From Camelus dromedarius (taxonomy: Eukaryota), in contig NC_087436.1 in NCBI RefSeq assembly GCF_036321535.1, positions 107,138,001 to 107,202,000 on the forward strand: a stretch of 64,000 nt of DNA. Reading direction: 5' to 3'. The translations under genes were made by a program, and so were the position numbers. Below, one piece after another: positions 13,986-25,415 of the stretch. Within the stretch, counting starts at the first letter, position 1; each line of letters begins with the position of its first letter. The notes below the pieces were generated by a model. The model was not told the DNA's origin and ran no database searches. It worked only from the letters and a program-made list of their open reading frames with translations.

Positions 13986-15200
13986 TAACTGGATGTCCCC
14001 TTGGGAAAAACATTAAGACTAACTCATGCCTTACATCATAAGCAAAAATAATTTTTGAATAAATATCTCAATATGCAATGAAAAATAAATAATACTTTTA
14101 GAAGACAGTATATAATAACATAATAATGTTATGACTTCAAGTTGGGAAATTTTTAATAAGATATAAGAACTCTATTTACAAAAGAAATAATAAATTTGAC
14201 TATATTTTTTTCATCAAAGTCACTATTAATAAAACAAAAAGACATTTGAATTGGGAAAAGATACTTCAGCATATATAACTGACATAGAACTAATATCCAG
14301 AATATGTAAAGAACTTCCACAAATCAATAACAGCAACCAAATAGAAAAAAAAAAATGTATTCGAGACTTGAATAGATATTTCATGGAAAAGGCTATCCAA
14401 AGAGTCAGTAGCCATATGAAAAGGTGTTCATCCTTATTAGTCATAACAGAAATGTAAATTAAAGGCACATGGATTGTAGCTTTAGGCATACTGTATAATG
14501 AAAACTTAAAGGCTAAAATTACTAAATATTTTCAAGAATTTGGAACAACTGGAACTCTCATGTACAGATGGTGAGAATGTAAATTGACACTTTGGTAAGT
14601 AATGTGACATTACTAATTAAAGTTGAAAAGATGCATCCCTAATTTCACTTTCATTTATATATCCTCCTGAACTGCAACACACATAAAAATCAAGGGAAAA
14701 GAATGTCCACAACAGCACTGTGCAAAAAAAAAAATTAAAAAGCAAAGCAAATGCTCAAATAAGCTGTGATGAGTGCAGTGTGGAGCAATGGAAATGAACA
14801 AACCACTACTACACACAGCATAGAGGTAAGTGGCATCCCAACCATAATATGAGTGAAAGAAACCAGATACAAAGAATACACGGGCACAAAGTTTATATCA
14901 TTCTATTTATACAAAGTTCATAAACAAGACTAAACCAAAACACTAAGATATGTACAATGGGTGTGCAGTATATATCACAAAGAGATTAATATTTTAAAAA
15001 ATCGATAGTGATTACCTAGGAGAAGACACCGGGATAGTAATTGGAAAGATACACTTGAAGGGCTTTTGAGATGATGGCAATATCTAATTTCTTGAGCTTG
15101 GTGGTTTTCATGAGAATTTCTTTATAATAATTTATTAAGCTATCAATTCACTTTTAGGTAATTTTTGCATGTGTTATATTTCATAATAAAAATCTGAAGT
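13986..15200 (+). mobile_element. Old L1 (L1ME-like): ORF2 C-terminus and 3' UTR
   Basis: ORF 14251-14457 (LISRICKELPQIN..RDLNRYFMEKAIQRVSSHMKRCSSLLVITEM) matches ORF2p [42 protein letters not shown]. Confidence 0.9.
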
Positions 15201-15239
15201 CATTAGAAAGGTATTAAAAATTTAAGCAATTTCAAAAAT

Positions 15240-15320
15240 TGGAGGGACATCTCTGTTCCTTCCTCTTAATTTTGTTGTAAGCCTAAAACTACCCCTAAAA
15301 AATAAACTTTTTTTTTAAAA
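15240..15320 (+). mobile_element. L1MC/MD-type 3' terminal fragment
   Basis: ctctgttccttcc..aattttgttgtaagcctaaaactacccctaaaaaataaa. Confidence 0.65.
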
Positions 15321-15334
15321 AGAGAGAGTAAGAA

Positions 15335-16305
15335 TTTTTTTGATCTTTTTCTTCTAGTTTTGTTGAAACATATTGACATACAGCACTGTATACGTTTAAG
15401 GTGTACAGTGTAATGATTTGACTTATACACAGCATGGAATGATGACCACAATAGGTTTAGTGAACATCTATGATCTCATATAGATACAACATTGAAAAAA
15501 AAGAGGAAAAAAAAATTGTGATGAAAACTCTTAGAGTTTACTCTCTTTTTTATTACTTATTTTTAATTGAAGTACAGCTGATTATAATGTGTCAATTTCT
15601 GGTGTACAGCACAATGTCCCAGTCATGCATATACATACATATATTCATTTTCATATTTTTTCATTAAAGGTTATTACAAGATATTGAACATAGTTCCTTG
15701 TGCTATACAAAAGAAACCTCTTTTTAGAGTTCACTCTCTTAACAATTTTTATATATAATGCACAGCAGTGTTGGTTGTATTCATGTTGTACATTGCATCC
15801 CTAGTACATATTTATCTTATAACTGGAAGTTTGTACCTTTTGACTGACTTCCTTCAGTCCCTCCGCCCCCCATATCCTCCACCTCTGATGACCGCAAATC
15901 TGATCTCCTATTTGTGGAATGCAAAAACCAAAACAAATGAACAAACGTAACAAAACAGCAACAGAGTCATAGATACAGAGAACAAACAGGTGGTTGTCAG
16001 AGGGGAAAAAGGGGGAGAGAAGAGAAATAGGGGAGGGAGATGAAGAAATACAAACTTCCAGTTGCAAAATAAATGAGTCAGGAGTATGAAATGTACACTG
16101 TGGGAAAGAGAGTCCATACCTATGTAACGTTTTTGTACGGCCACAGATGGTAACTAAACTTATGGCGGTGATCATTTTGAAATTATAGAAATATCAAATC
16201 ACTATACTATATAACAGAAACTAATACAGTGTTGTAGGTCAACTGTACTTCAAAAACAAACAAACAAACAAGCAACCTCATAGGAAAAAGAGATCAGATC
16301 TGTGA
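15335..16305 (-). mobile_element. L1 3' UTR insertion with 5' inversion (3' part minus 15335-15906, inverted part plus 15908-16305)
   Basis: Antisense L1 3' UTR switches to sense L1 (tgtggaat..gagtcatagatacagagaacaaacaggtggttgtcagagggg) at ~15907. Confidence 0.8.
15548..15723 (-). mobile_element. Young camelid-type L1 3' end, nested
   Basis: 17-bp TSD ttagagtt(t/c)actctctt at 15531-15547 and 15724-15740; body ttaattgaagtacag..tgtgtcaatttctggtgtacagcac. Confidence 0.9.
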
Positions 16306-16339
16306 CACGGATTTTTTTTTTTAATTATGAAGAAAAAGT

Positions 16340-16930
16340 ATTAGATATTATGACTATAGTCTATGCTTTTGGGGAGTTCTGTTTCACAGGAGAGTAAAGA
16401 AATGAGGCTGTAGGTGTTGGGGGAAGAGATCTCAAGAGGAAGATTGATGGAGGAAATTGATTCTGTAGAAAGTAAATGCAGAGCAAATAAAGGAGAACCG
16501 CTTAAGCCAGTTTTTTGAATAGTCAGGGAGAGATGCAATCCAGGGCTCAAGTAGAAGGGCTGCACTAAACAGAAGCATGGCTACTTCATCTGTGGAAATA
16601 AGCAGGTTGTGCTGAGAACAGATTCTGGAAGATGAATTGATGCAAAGGTGCCCTATAGATATTCTCCGAGAGATTCTATTTTCTCAGTGAACTGAGAGGC
16701 ATGGTCATTGGTTGAAAGTTAGGATAAGAAACCTATGTTAGGGATTGAGAAGATATATGAAGGTGTAAAATTGTCCTCTAGAAAAATGGAACAGTGAATG
16801 GACCAAGGAATTGTAGTATGAATACCAGATAACAACAGGAGTCCTCTTCAAGTTAATGGAAATAAATATAAAATAAGAAAAGTCAGCACATTGTGCAGTT
16901 CTCTCCAGCCCCTATTCAACTGCACAGATG
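16340..16930 (-). mobile_element. L2 internal fragment
   Basis: Purine-rich antisense L2 with ttttctcagtgaactgagaggcatggtcattggttgaaag. Confidence 0.6.
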
Positions 16931-17019
16931 TAAGTTTTGGTTTTAGTACACACAAACACACACACACACGCAATCATATACTGAAATATATTCATTTATA
17001 TGCATATGTACACTTGAAA

Positions 17020-17170
17020 GTGTGTTTATTTTCTGTCCTATCTTATTAGAATGTAGGCTCCAAGAGCCAATTACATTTTTATCTTATACATCCCTGTACC
17101 ACTAGCATTTAAAACAATGCCGTTCAGATAGTAGATTCTCAAGAAATATCTGTTGACTAAATGAATGAGA
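17020..17170 (+). mobile_element. L2 3' end
   Basis: tagaatgtaggctccaagag..ctcaagaaatatctgttgactaaatgaatga. Confidence 0.8.
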
Positions 17171-17579
17171 ACCATTGTTAATATCAATTCTTTAGTTTTA
17201 AAGCAAACATTTCTATTACACTTCTTTCCAACATCTGACTCATTTCACTTGAAAAGTATTTTGTAATTCTAAGGACAATCGCGTTTAAAACCAACCAACC
17301 AAACAAACTATTGCAACTACTTCTGTTTCAATCACAGTAGTCTCAGTACTGAGCAAGAAAACAACATATTCACGTAAATTAGATGATAAGATGAATCTGA
17401 TTCCAGCTGCCAACCGTAAACACTGATTTGAAATTTTGTGTTCAACAATAACCGCCTCATTTAACTAATGTGAAGGACTTCATAATGAATAAATATTAAT
17501 TATCTTATTTGCTAAATAAAATTATACTGACAAATGGTCTCCTACATTGTAGGATGCTGTGTAATGGTTTACTTCAAAG

Positions 17580-18420
17580 AGCCTTATGTTCATGTAAATT
17601 TTAAATCCACTACCTTGTATAATAATTAGAAACATAGCCTCATGAAGTATGAGAATGACGTGAAACTGGAGGGAAAAAAGCAAATTCATTGGGTGGTGAA
17701 ACCTAAATGGGAAATATTTTGACAGACTGAAGCATTGTATTAAATCTAGGAAGTTAAAGTTCAAGAGGAGGAAAAGTATTTGGTTATCAAGGGGGTTCCC
17801 CAGTAAACAACTACACAAGTGGAACACAGGGACAAGTTGGCTTAGCAGAGCAAGGGAAAGTAATTGTTGTAGCCGGTAATAGGTTCAATGAGTACATATG
17901 ATGAGATGGAATGGCTCCCCAAAGAGCTAATGTGATCTTAAACTGCACTAATGAAAATGTATCTTGAACAAATGAGATGGCAATATTCTTTTCTCTGTAC
18001 TACTCATGTTTAACACACCTAGAGTGCTCATCCAATTCTAAGTACCACACTTAGGTCAAATTAGAATGTTTTCAGAGGACAATGTTTACGATGATGAAGA
18101 AAATCCAATGTCTTTAGTGAAATCATTAGAAAAAAAATAAGGATGGGGTTATTTACTCAGAAGAAGGGAAAACTCAGGGAAAATAACAGTGTGCCTCAAA
18201 TATTTCTGTGTCAATATGTGAAAGAGGGACTCTACTCACTGTGGTCCCAAGAAGTAGGACTGGGACAATGTATAAAATAGAGGGAGACATACGTTGGCCC
18301 ATGCGGCAGGGTATCTATGGAGTCTCAATTCATAACACTTCCGAAATTAAAAACTGCAATTTGGAAGTTTTCCAGCAATTTCTGCACTCTGAATTCAAGA
18401 ATGGGATTTGTCTTTGGAAG
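17580..18420 (+). mobile_element. L3/CR1 LINE, 3' RT region
   Basis: Colinear with CR1 motifs: tgacgtgaaactggaggg, ttgacagactgaag, aaagagctaatgtgatcttaaactgcactaat, ctcagaagaagggaaaactcaggg, ctcaaatatttc. Confidence 0.75.
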
Positions 18421-18699
18421 AGATCCATCTTCTGTTCAAGGAGAGGCCCCCCTGGTAATCTCCTCTAATCATGCAGGTGACAAGAATCTGACAATTGCTC
18501 CTAAGGGAAGCCTGATGGGTTGAAATATCCCTTATTACAACTAAATGCTCTTATTACGACTAAAAAATATTTGATCAATGGGTTTATGTGTTCCTGCTCA
18601 TCAATTTGCTCACAGGAGGGTTGGAAATCAAATCTAGAATCTTCACGTCAATCTGTGAACAAGACTTGTTCATCAGATGCTGCCTGCATCTTCTTTCAG

Positions 18700-19125
18700 C
18701 CTAGAAGTTTTTATTGAATTCCTACTGTGTATCAGGCACTGTTCTAAATGGCAGATTTACAATAGAAAACAAAATGTTTTCACAAGAGTCAGTTTTCCCA
18801 TCTATCAAACCTTCAATTCTCACCTTCTCAATAAAGCCTGCTCAGAACTCACAAGTGAACACCACATCCTCCTTCCATCATATTACACCCATCCCCATCC
18901 TCACACACGAGTCCTAATATCCTGTTCTCTTTCTCATTTATTCTTCTTATTTTTTCACAGCATTTGCCACTTTCTAATATTGTTGTAATTCACTTACTTG
19001 GAGCTTAGATACTCCAAATAGATTTTTGACTATTTTGTTTACTGCTAAATCCCCAGCACACAGAACAGTACCTAGCAACAGTAGACACACAATAAGAACC
19101 TGTGAATGAATGAATAATGAATGCA
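18700..19125. mobile_element. L2 fragments (minus 18700-18775, plus 18790-19125)
   Basis: ttattgaattcctactgtgtatcaggcactgttcta; tttactgctaaatccccagcac..gtacctagcaacagtag..tgaatgaatgaat. Confidence 0.8.
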
Positions 19126-19240
19126 TTGCCTGCAAAGTGCCTTGGTTTTTGCTAACTCTACTCTGGGGCTTAAGAGGGGATTCCAGCCAATTTGGTGATC
19201 AGACCTACTGTAAAAACATTGCAGCAACCAGTATCAGATT

Positions 19241-19262
19241 TGGCCTAGTTGGGCAGAAGATT
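19241..19262 (+). promoter_or_regulatory. Degenerate primer-binding site, tRNA-Ser type
   Basis: tggcctagttgggcagaagatt versus tggcgtagtcggcaggatt (complement of the tRNA-Ser 3' end), starting after a 4-nt spacer behind a ..CA. Confidence 0.6.
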
Positions 19263-20099
19263 CTGACTCCTTTTAGGCACAGTTACAGAGGCATAACTTT
19301 ATACTGGGGGTGAAGGGAGAGAAACTCTTGACCCCTGTGGGCAGAAATCAGGCAGATCATTAGAACTCTGACTGGCTTAGGAAATGCCAGGGGAAGTAGG
19401 GTTTGATATGTATTACTTGGTAAGGCAAGAATACAATATTACAGTCTTCCCTGATGCTGTTTATCATGCCAGCTAAAATCCATCAGAGATGATAGTAAAA
19501 GTTCTGAGTTTTTTGCAGTGGGTCCTGGGTGCTAAAAGAGAGCTTTAGTCCTCTTAGGGAGATTTCAGTGAGAATGAGAAAAGTCCTGTGAGAAACGATA
19601 AGTGAAGCACTGACTAATATTAGGGTTTTACTGGCTGGACTGGGTTCATAGTACTGATGAAGGTGATCCAACTGGAGAATGAGAAACTGACCCAAAGAAA
19701 CCTAGATAAATTCTTGCAGTCAGCAATGGTCAAGAATTTAAGGGATATTATCTTGGTGACGGGGTAGTAAATGCCTTAGATCAAGGTAAACTCCTTAAAA
19801 AAAACATTGACACTGTGCTAGTAAATCCCAAATCAGCCACAGGGTGCAAACCATAATGATGACCTCCACACTTGGTATAAAGTACTATGTGGGCTGAAAA
19901 CATTGGACCTTTGTTTGGATAAACCACGGGCTGTTACTGTGTCACTCAAAACTGAAAGTTAATGCAAAGCCTTCTTTACTGATGCAGAGTCATTCCCTCT
20001 TCATGGTGACTTATTCTTCCATCCTCTTCTACCCTGATCTTGGCTACTTTGAGGACAAAGATGACAAAGGGTACATCAAAGATCTCTCTGTTCCCAAGA

Positions 20100-20390
20100 G
20101 AAACTGAAAGCCATACTCACTTTGAGCAGGCAGTAGAACCTTGGAGAAGGCGGGGCACTAGTTTTATGGCTTTTTTGGATAAAGATTCTCAATCTTCTGA
20201 CCCTGTCTAGTGGTGCGGAGGGGGCACCTGGATTCAACTGATGGCGTTTGGGTGGGGTTAAGAGTAGAGAAAGAAAGTGAACTTGACCTTGTGAAAGTGA
20301 ACATGACCTTGAGGTTTGGAGCCAACTTAATGTACTGTTGCTGTTGTTTCTTCATCCAAATGAATAAGAGAAAGCAATGAGCTACATGTT
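20100..20390 (+). pseudogene. Retroviral aspartic protease remnant
   Basis: 20160-20192 SFMAFLDKDSQ (cf. FxALLDTGAQ), then IQLMAFG and CTVAVVSSSK*IRESNEL (cf. VVxPxxECIIGMDxL); multiple stops. Confidence 0.65.
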
Positions 20391-20464
20391 GTACTTCCCC
20401 ATCCTGTAAGTGCCAGAGGAGATGCTCAAGACTGAGAAGAACCACATGAAGAGATGTGCTAATA

Positions 20465-20725
20465 ACTTTGGGACTCACAACCCTAATGACCATTTAAGCT
20501 AAAAGTCTCTGTGATTGAAGATTTTTCCAAGTGGAGCCTCCTGCAAAAGGTCATAGTTTCAACCCAAAGGAGCCCCTTTGTGTTTGGACTCATTGTCTCT
20601 GAAGACTAATAACCAGGACACTCCTTTTGAAAAACAACATTTAGATTACTCCTAAGCTCTTGACATAAATGAACTCCTGGTACATGGAATCCTTATGACT
20701 CTCCAGAATTACATTACCATTTTCG
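20465..20725 (+). pseudogene. ERVL-type RT connection/tether remnant
   Basis: LKVSVIEDFSKWSLLQ..QRSPFVF, TPFEKQH (20620-20640), AL..E.LVHG..MTL..I.IFEWV versus ERVL LEVSV..WSLWQ..QRRPLGFWS..YSPFEKQLLACYWAL..PIMNWV. Confidence 0.75.
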
Positions 20726-20789
20726 AGTGGGTCTACTTAGACTAAATGGTAGAAGATAGAAGACTCCCAACAAGACTTGCTTGTAAGTC

Positions 20790-21620
20790 ACTGCATCAGT
20801 CTAATCAGTCAGCTGTAGCCATGCCACTGCAACCTGTAAGGCTACTCTGTGTTATTTTTCAGCTTTCTGGGCCATTTGCAATCTGGCAATGGTGCACTTC
20901 TTACTGCAGAAGCCACTCAGCAATGGCTGATAATAAAGGTGATTTGATGGACTTTCCCATCCCATCCCAAGCCATCTGCTATTGTTGATGGTTTCAATGG
21001 CCTCTTCAAAAAGTGACTCAAACACCCTTTTGACTCTCCTTCTCTCAGCTCTTCCTGGTCAACACACCTTAATAAGTCAGTTTGGTTATTAACTGCAGCT
21101 GTCTACAAGAAAAAAAAAAAGATTATCTTTCCTTATCTGCTTTTTGGGTAAAGGAAGAAAAATGGTGGGCATTACATAGACCATTTTGAAAATTCAACAT
21201 TTCCTCCTGACCATTCCTAGCTGTGGATCTACATTCTTCCCCTTAACAGTAATCCCAGAACTACCTAGATGATACACTTTCAAGGTATTTGACCATAAAG
21301 AGGCCCAAAGGACTCAGGGTGAATTCTGGGTCAGCCAGACTTTCCTGTTGGACTGACATAGAACTAGATCAGAAGGATGAGTGTACTGTTTGCTGAGTTT
21401 TTCTACGGTGGTCCAAGTAAGCCAAAAAAAGCGGAGTGCGTAATAGATGTCTGTATATTTTATAAAAATGCCCTTAGCCCTTTTGCAACAGTCTGTTCCA
21501 AGCAAAAAGTCTGGGTATGAAGACAGGATGATTACGGAAAAAAATATGAAGTTACACTACTAGAAGGGAACACACTGATTCTGCGACAGTAAAGAAAATG
21601 CAACACTCCAGCATCCAGCA
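20790..21620 (+). pseudogene. Retroviral integrase core and C-terminal remnant
   Basis: FSFLGHLQSGNGALLTAEATQQW (20858-20926), then (A)DNKG..WTF..HPKPSAIVDGFNGLFKK*L..WSTHLNKSVWLL versus FG.P..LQSDNG..F.A..VQQWA..GI.W..H.PYHPQASG.VER.NGLLK. Confidence 0.82.
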
Positions 21621-21706
21621 GCCCAGCCCCTGTAGGGTCCATGAGAGGAAGAAACACTCATGATCTTTTGTCTTTCAAAGCCACCTCTAGAACTTTTCTT
21701 GTTAAG

Positions 21707-21900
21707 GAAAACACCCTGGTACAGCTCTCCCAAAGTATTGCAAGCAGATTAAATGACTGTTGATACTGCCATGCCCAGCCAGACAGCTCTGAACACAGTG
21801 TGATCACCATTCCCCGTAACCTTACAGAGAAGTCCATCAGAAACAGCAGGGAATTCCTCAGTCCTGGGTCTCCCACTCACTACACCTATCAGTAGCTCTG
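21707..21900 (+). pseudogene. env SU N-terminal remnant
   Basis: ENTLVQLSQSIASRLNDC*YCH (21707-21772; TGA is one change from TGG, giving a CWxC motif), an NLT sequon downstream, and a pyrimidine tract upstream resembling a splice acceptor. Confidence 0.55.
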
Positions 21901-22439
21901 GGTGTCTTCCCCACCTCCATTGCCACAGCTCTTGCCCAGGTGGTGGTGCATACAAACAGGACAGGTTGGATGGCAGTCCCTCCAGGAAAAGGCACTAGAC
22001 TCAAATATTCAAACTGAACTGGGAAACTTCAGGATTATTAGTTGTCCAGGGGGCCATGTTGGAGGCACTGTCCACCCGTGTCCCCCAGCTACTGTAGGTT
22101 CCACTTGGTGGCGGAGGGGCACAATTGTAAATAATATTTTCTTTCAGGCATGGATGCCCCCATGCAGGCTCCCAACAAGACACTTCTTGTATGGAAGCCA
22201 CATGTTAATTTGCTTTCCTCCCCAAAACATGGTAACTTGCACAATGGCAAGATAAGTCTGTTGGCATGGAAAACTCCAGAGGGAGGTCCTCTGGGTAATT
22301 ATGAGGCAGAAAAAGACAGAAGTACTGAGATGGGTTAGTTTCCAGTAGCTAGACCATTTTTGGATTTTTTTGATAAAAAGAGTGCAACCTCATTTTGAAG
22401 TCTTACTGTAAAGTGAGGGAAATAACATATTGCATAAGG

Positions 22440-22612
22440 CGAAACAGAATGCTTCAAAGATGGGATGAGTAAATTTGCTGATTGTGGGTATTCTGTAACT
22501 AGAGGCAGTCAAGTATGGAATATATAGTTACTTAGTAAAAGTATTTTAGAAGAAATTCAAATGTCGGCTGCAAGACCGGACTAGATTCTATGATACTTTT
22601 TAGTTCTCAGTT
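22440..22612 (+). mobile_element. L3/CR1 or MIR3 3' end
   Basis: ctgtaactagaggcagtcaag..ggactagattctatgatacttttagttctcag. Confidence 0.5.
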
Positions 22613-23490
22613 TTTATCTAAGAAAAAAAATACTCCAGCGTAAAAATATGCACAAAAATGTTAAACTATGAAGCTTCAAGACTCCTGAGCATATCATCAA
22701 TAAAAGTAACCTCTCTGAATAATACCACTCTTCTCACTCACCTGAGGTCCTTAAAGCATCTCAAAAATCGACCAGCTCCTCATATTTTGCACATAAAGAA
22801 AATGATACCCACGCAATTAAATGGCTATCTCAAAATCTCACAAATTTATGACACACCAAAATTAGAAACTGAATATTATGACTCAACCAGCCTTTCTCAT
22901 CTGGAGTTCTTTATCTCATCTGCAGAATTCAGAAAAATCATTTGAATGACTGTGTTCTCAATTGTCCCGAAGGGGATACATAGCACCATTGCAGATGCTA
23001 AGCAGAGAAGACAGGTTCTTAGGCACGTGGATACCTAGAGTACTGGGTTTACCCCTGGACTGGCCCTGGGAGCTGCTGCATCTCTTATCCGCACCCACCC
23101 TGGTCACTCATTTTGTCAGTGTAAAGCATTATTTTTTCCCCTCAGAATTAACAGGGAGTCCACAGAATACAGTGACCCACAGATAGAATACACAGTCTCT
23201 TTGAAGACATTGGGTTCTTTGGTAGAGATGGAGTGAAGCACACTTAGAGAATTCGCTGAACCTGGTTGGTGCTTTTGGCCCTTTGCTATGAGTAAGTGAC
23301 CTTACTTCACCAGGGCTCATGCTGTCTCAGAAAAACCCCAACATTTTTATCTTCAATGTATTGTTTGCTGAACAAAACGCCCAGTTGAGTCACTCTGGGG
23401 TTCGGTGCTGATTATGTCCCTACTCCTTAAAAGAAGTACATTTCCTGAGCACTTTGAGGGGGAGTAGAGAGGCCAGGAGCCAGGGCACAA

Positions 23491-23494
<4 letters not shown>

Positions 23495-23548
<54 letters not shown>
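23495..23548. repeat. Perfect (TC)27 microsatellite
   Basis: Read directly. Confidence 0.97.
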
Positions 23549-23554
<6 letters not shown>

Positions 23555-24589
23555 GTCTTTAAATTAAAACAGGCTTCTAAGGTGTGCAAGTGTGTGAATT
23601 ATTATTTTCCTAACATTAAACACTTGATTTAAAGCATATTCCCTTTGAAGGAAGGTATAATTTGGGAATTATTTGAAGTCTCTAGGTGGTTAGAAACTGG
23701 GTTTAGCCAGATTTCTAGCTGTAAGCAAAAGTCAGCCTCTGATAAGAAGCTGTGGTACTTTATTGATGCAAAGGAGGTAAGCACCCTCTTGGGGGTTTCT
23801 CAGTTCAAGAGCATCCTAGTTGTTATTTGCAAACTGCAGTGTGCAATTCTGCGTGTTTTCGGATACATTGGCCCTGTATAACTGAGTGCTCGTCAGAGGG
23901 AGCTTCCAAGTACCTGGGCAAAGTTTTAACGACGTATTGGTTGTAACGTGGGTTTTGTGAGGCAGGAAAGCTTCCCTCCATTACCTATTCATATGCAATA
24001 TTGAATTATAAAATAAAGCACAGAACCGAAATAGATAGACTTTCCAACAGAGAGACATGCCACCGCATTACAAAGTCAATTTCATATATGGGATCCTGCG
24101 CTGAATCATTTAGCTATTTAGGAATGCATTTCGCAGCTAACTCATCCTGGCAGGCCCAACGGGATGCAGTTCCTCTTAAAATAAATATGGAGTCATCAAA
24201 CAGGCATCACTGTGACAATTAACTGCTGGGCTTGAAGGAAGTTTTGCTTGGCTTTTCCAAGCAGCCAGAACAAAAAAGAGAGACTCCATGAGGCACAAGC
24301 ACAATCTACAGATGGGAACAATCTTTGGCAAAAATCAATCTTGAATAAATACACTACTTTAGTCCTCATTTTTACTTAGCACAGTTTGAAAATAAGTGGT
24401 TCCACCTAACTGAATTTTCCAGGTAATTTGAAACTTACTATTTTAATAATCAAAAGGAAAGAAAAAGGAGACTGTAAGCTAGAGATAGTCCTGAATATTC
24501 TGCACAGACCTTGGTTTCCTTAACTAGAGACTGGGTTATCATTTAGTTGTATAAGGTTTTTATACAATTGACATCATCCATTTGGCAAA

Positions 24590-24840
24590 GCCTTTGTGAT
24601 AGTTCCAGGGAGGGATGGTGCGAGTCTGGAATGGGCAGGGGCGATGGAAAGAAGGGGACAGATTTGAGATATAATTTGGAGGTAGAATTGACAGAACTTA
24701 GTGACTGATTGAATATGGCATTTGAACCAAGGATTAAGGCAAATATGATTGCCAGTTTCTGGCACAAGTAACTGAGAAGATGGGTGTGCTATGCATGGTG
24801 ATGTCATATGTAGAAGGAGAAACAGGCTGTAGAGAAAAAA
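24590..24840 (-). mobile_element. L2 fragment
   Basis: gatttgagatataatttggaggtagaattgacagaacttagtgactgattgaat. Confidence 0.85.
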
Positions 24841-25239
24841 AAATACCAAGTGTACCATAAGATCAATAATCAAGAATTTAATAGATCTCAGAAATAAAGC
24901 AAAAAGATCCCTGAGCCAGGGAAATGATGTCTGCAAAATTCAGGGCTGAGTGCACACAGACTTGGACTAGGTTCACTCAGAGAATAATGGCTCTCAATCA
25001 ACCCTCAGGTGTAAGGCATGAGATTGCCTTGGCTGCATGATTTTAGCAGGTTGGAAACAGAACATAAGAGAGGAGAAGGCTTCCTGAAGCAGATACACTC
25101 ACAGTTAAAGCAGGGGCTTAGAGCCTGAAAAGAAACCCTGTGTATTAGAACATGAATCAGTAGGTACCGTTCATCATAAAGTCCCCTACACTGGGTGAGG
25201 CTCAAATGAGATATTACCCACCAGGGTCATGGTTCACCA

Positions 25240-25415
25240 CTTATTTAATTCTCAGAACAAATCCATATGGTCAGTAGATTATCAGCATTTTACAGGTGAG
25301 CCCATGGACTCAGAGAGTTCCTGCCCCTTGCCCAAAACCACCGCAGTCGGTGGCTAAGTTGTGATTTTGATGAACAAATGCCGAACTCTGAAGTCTGGCC
25401 CTCTTTTCCTCTAAG
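25240..25415 (-). mobile_element. MIR
   Basis: ttaattctcagaacaa..attttacaggtgag..ctcagagag..cttgcccaaaacc. Confidence 0.7.

Larger units (their letters stand above)
19126..22300 (+). mobile_element. Degraded, internally deleted class III (ERVL/HERV-S-like) endogenous retrovirus
   Basis: In order: LTR end ..gtatca (19236), PBS, gag-like PLWAEIRQIIRTLTG, protease, RT tether, integrase core, env SU remnant, purine tract ggcggagggg, then TGT (22126). All read by manual translation across frameshifts. Confidence 0.8.

Noticed and set aside
20164..20493. 109-aa minus-strand ORF
   Set aside because: Antisense to the ERV protease remnant; the meaningful motifs are on the plus strand.
19126..22300. 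Dating the provirus from 5'/3' LTR divergence
   Set aside because: Only the end of the 5' LTR and the start of the 3' LTR seem to survive, so they do not overlap and their boundaries are uncertain.
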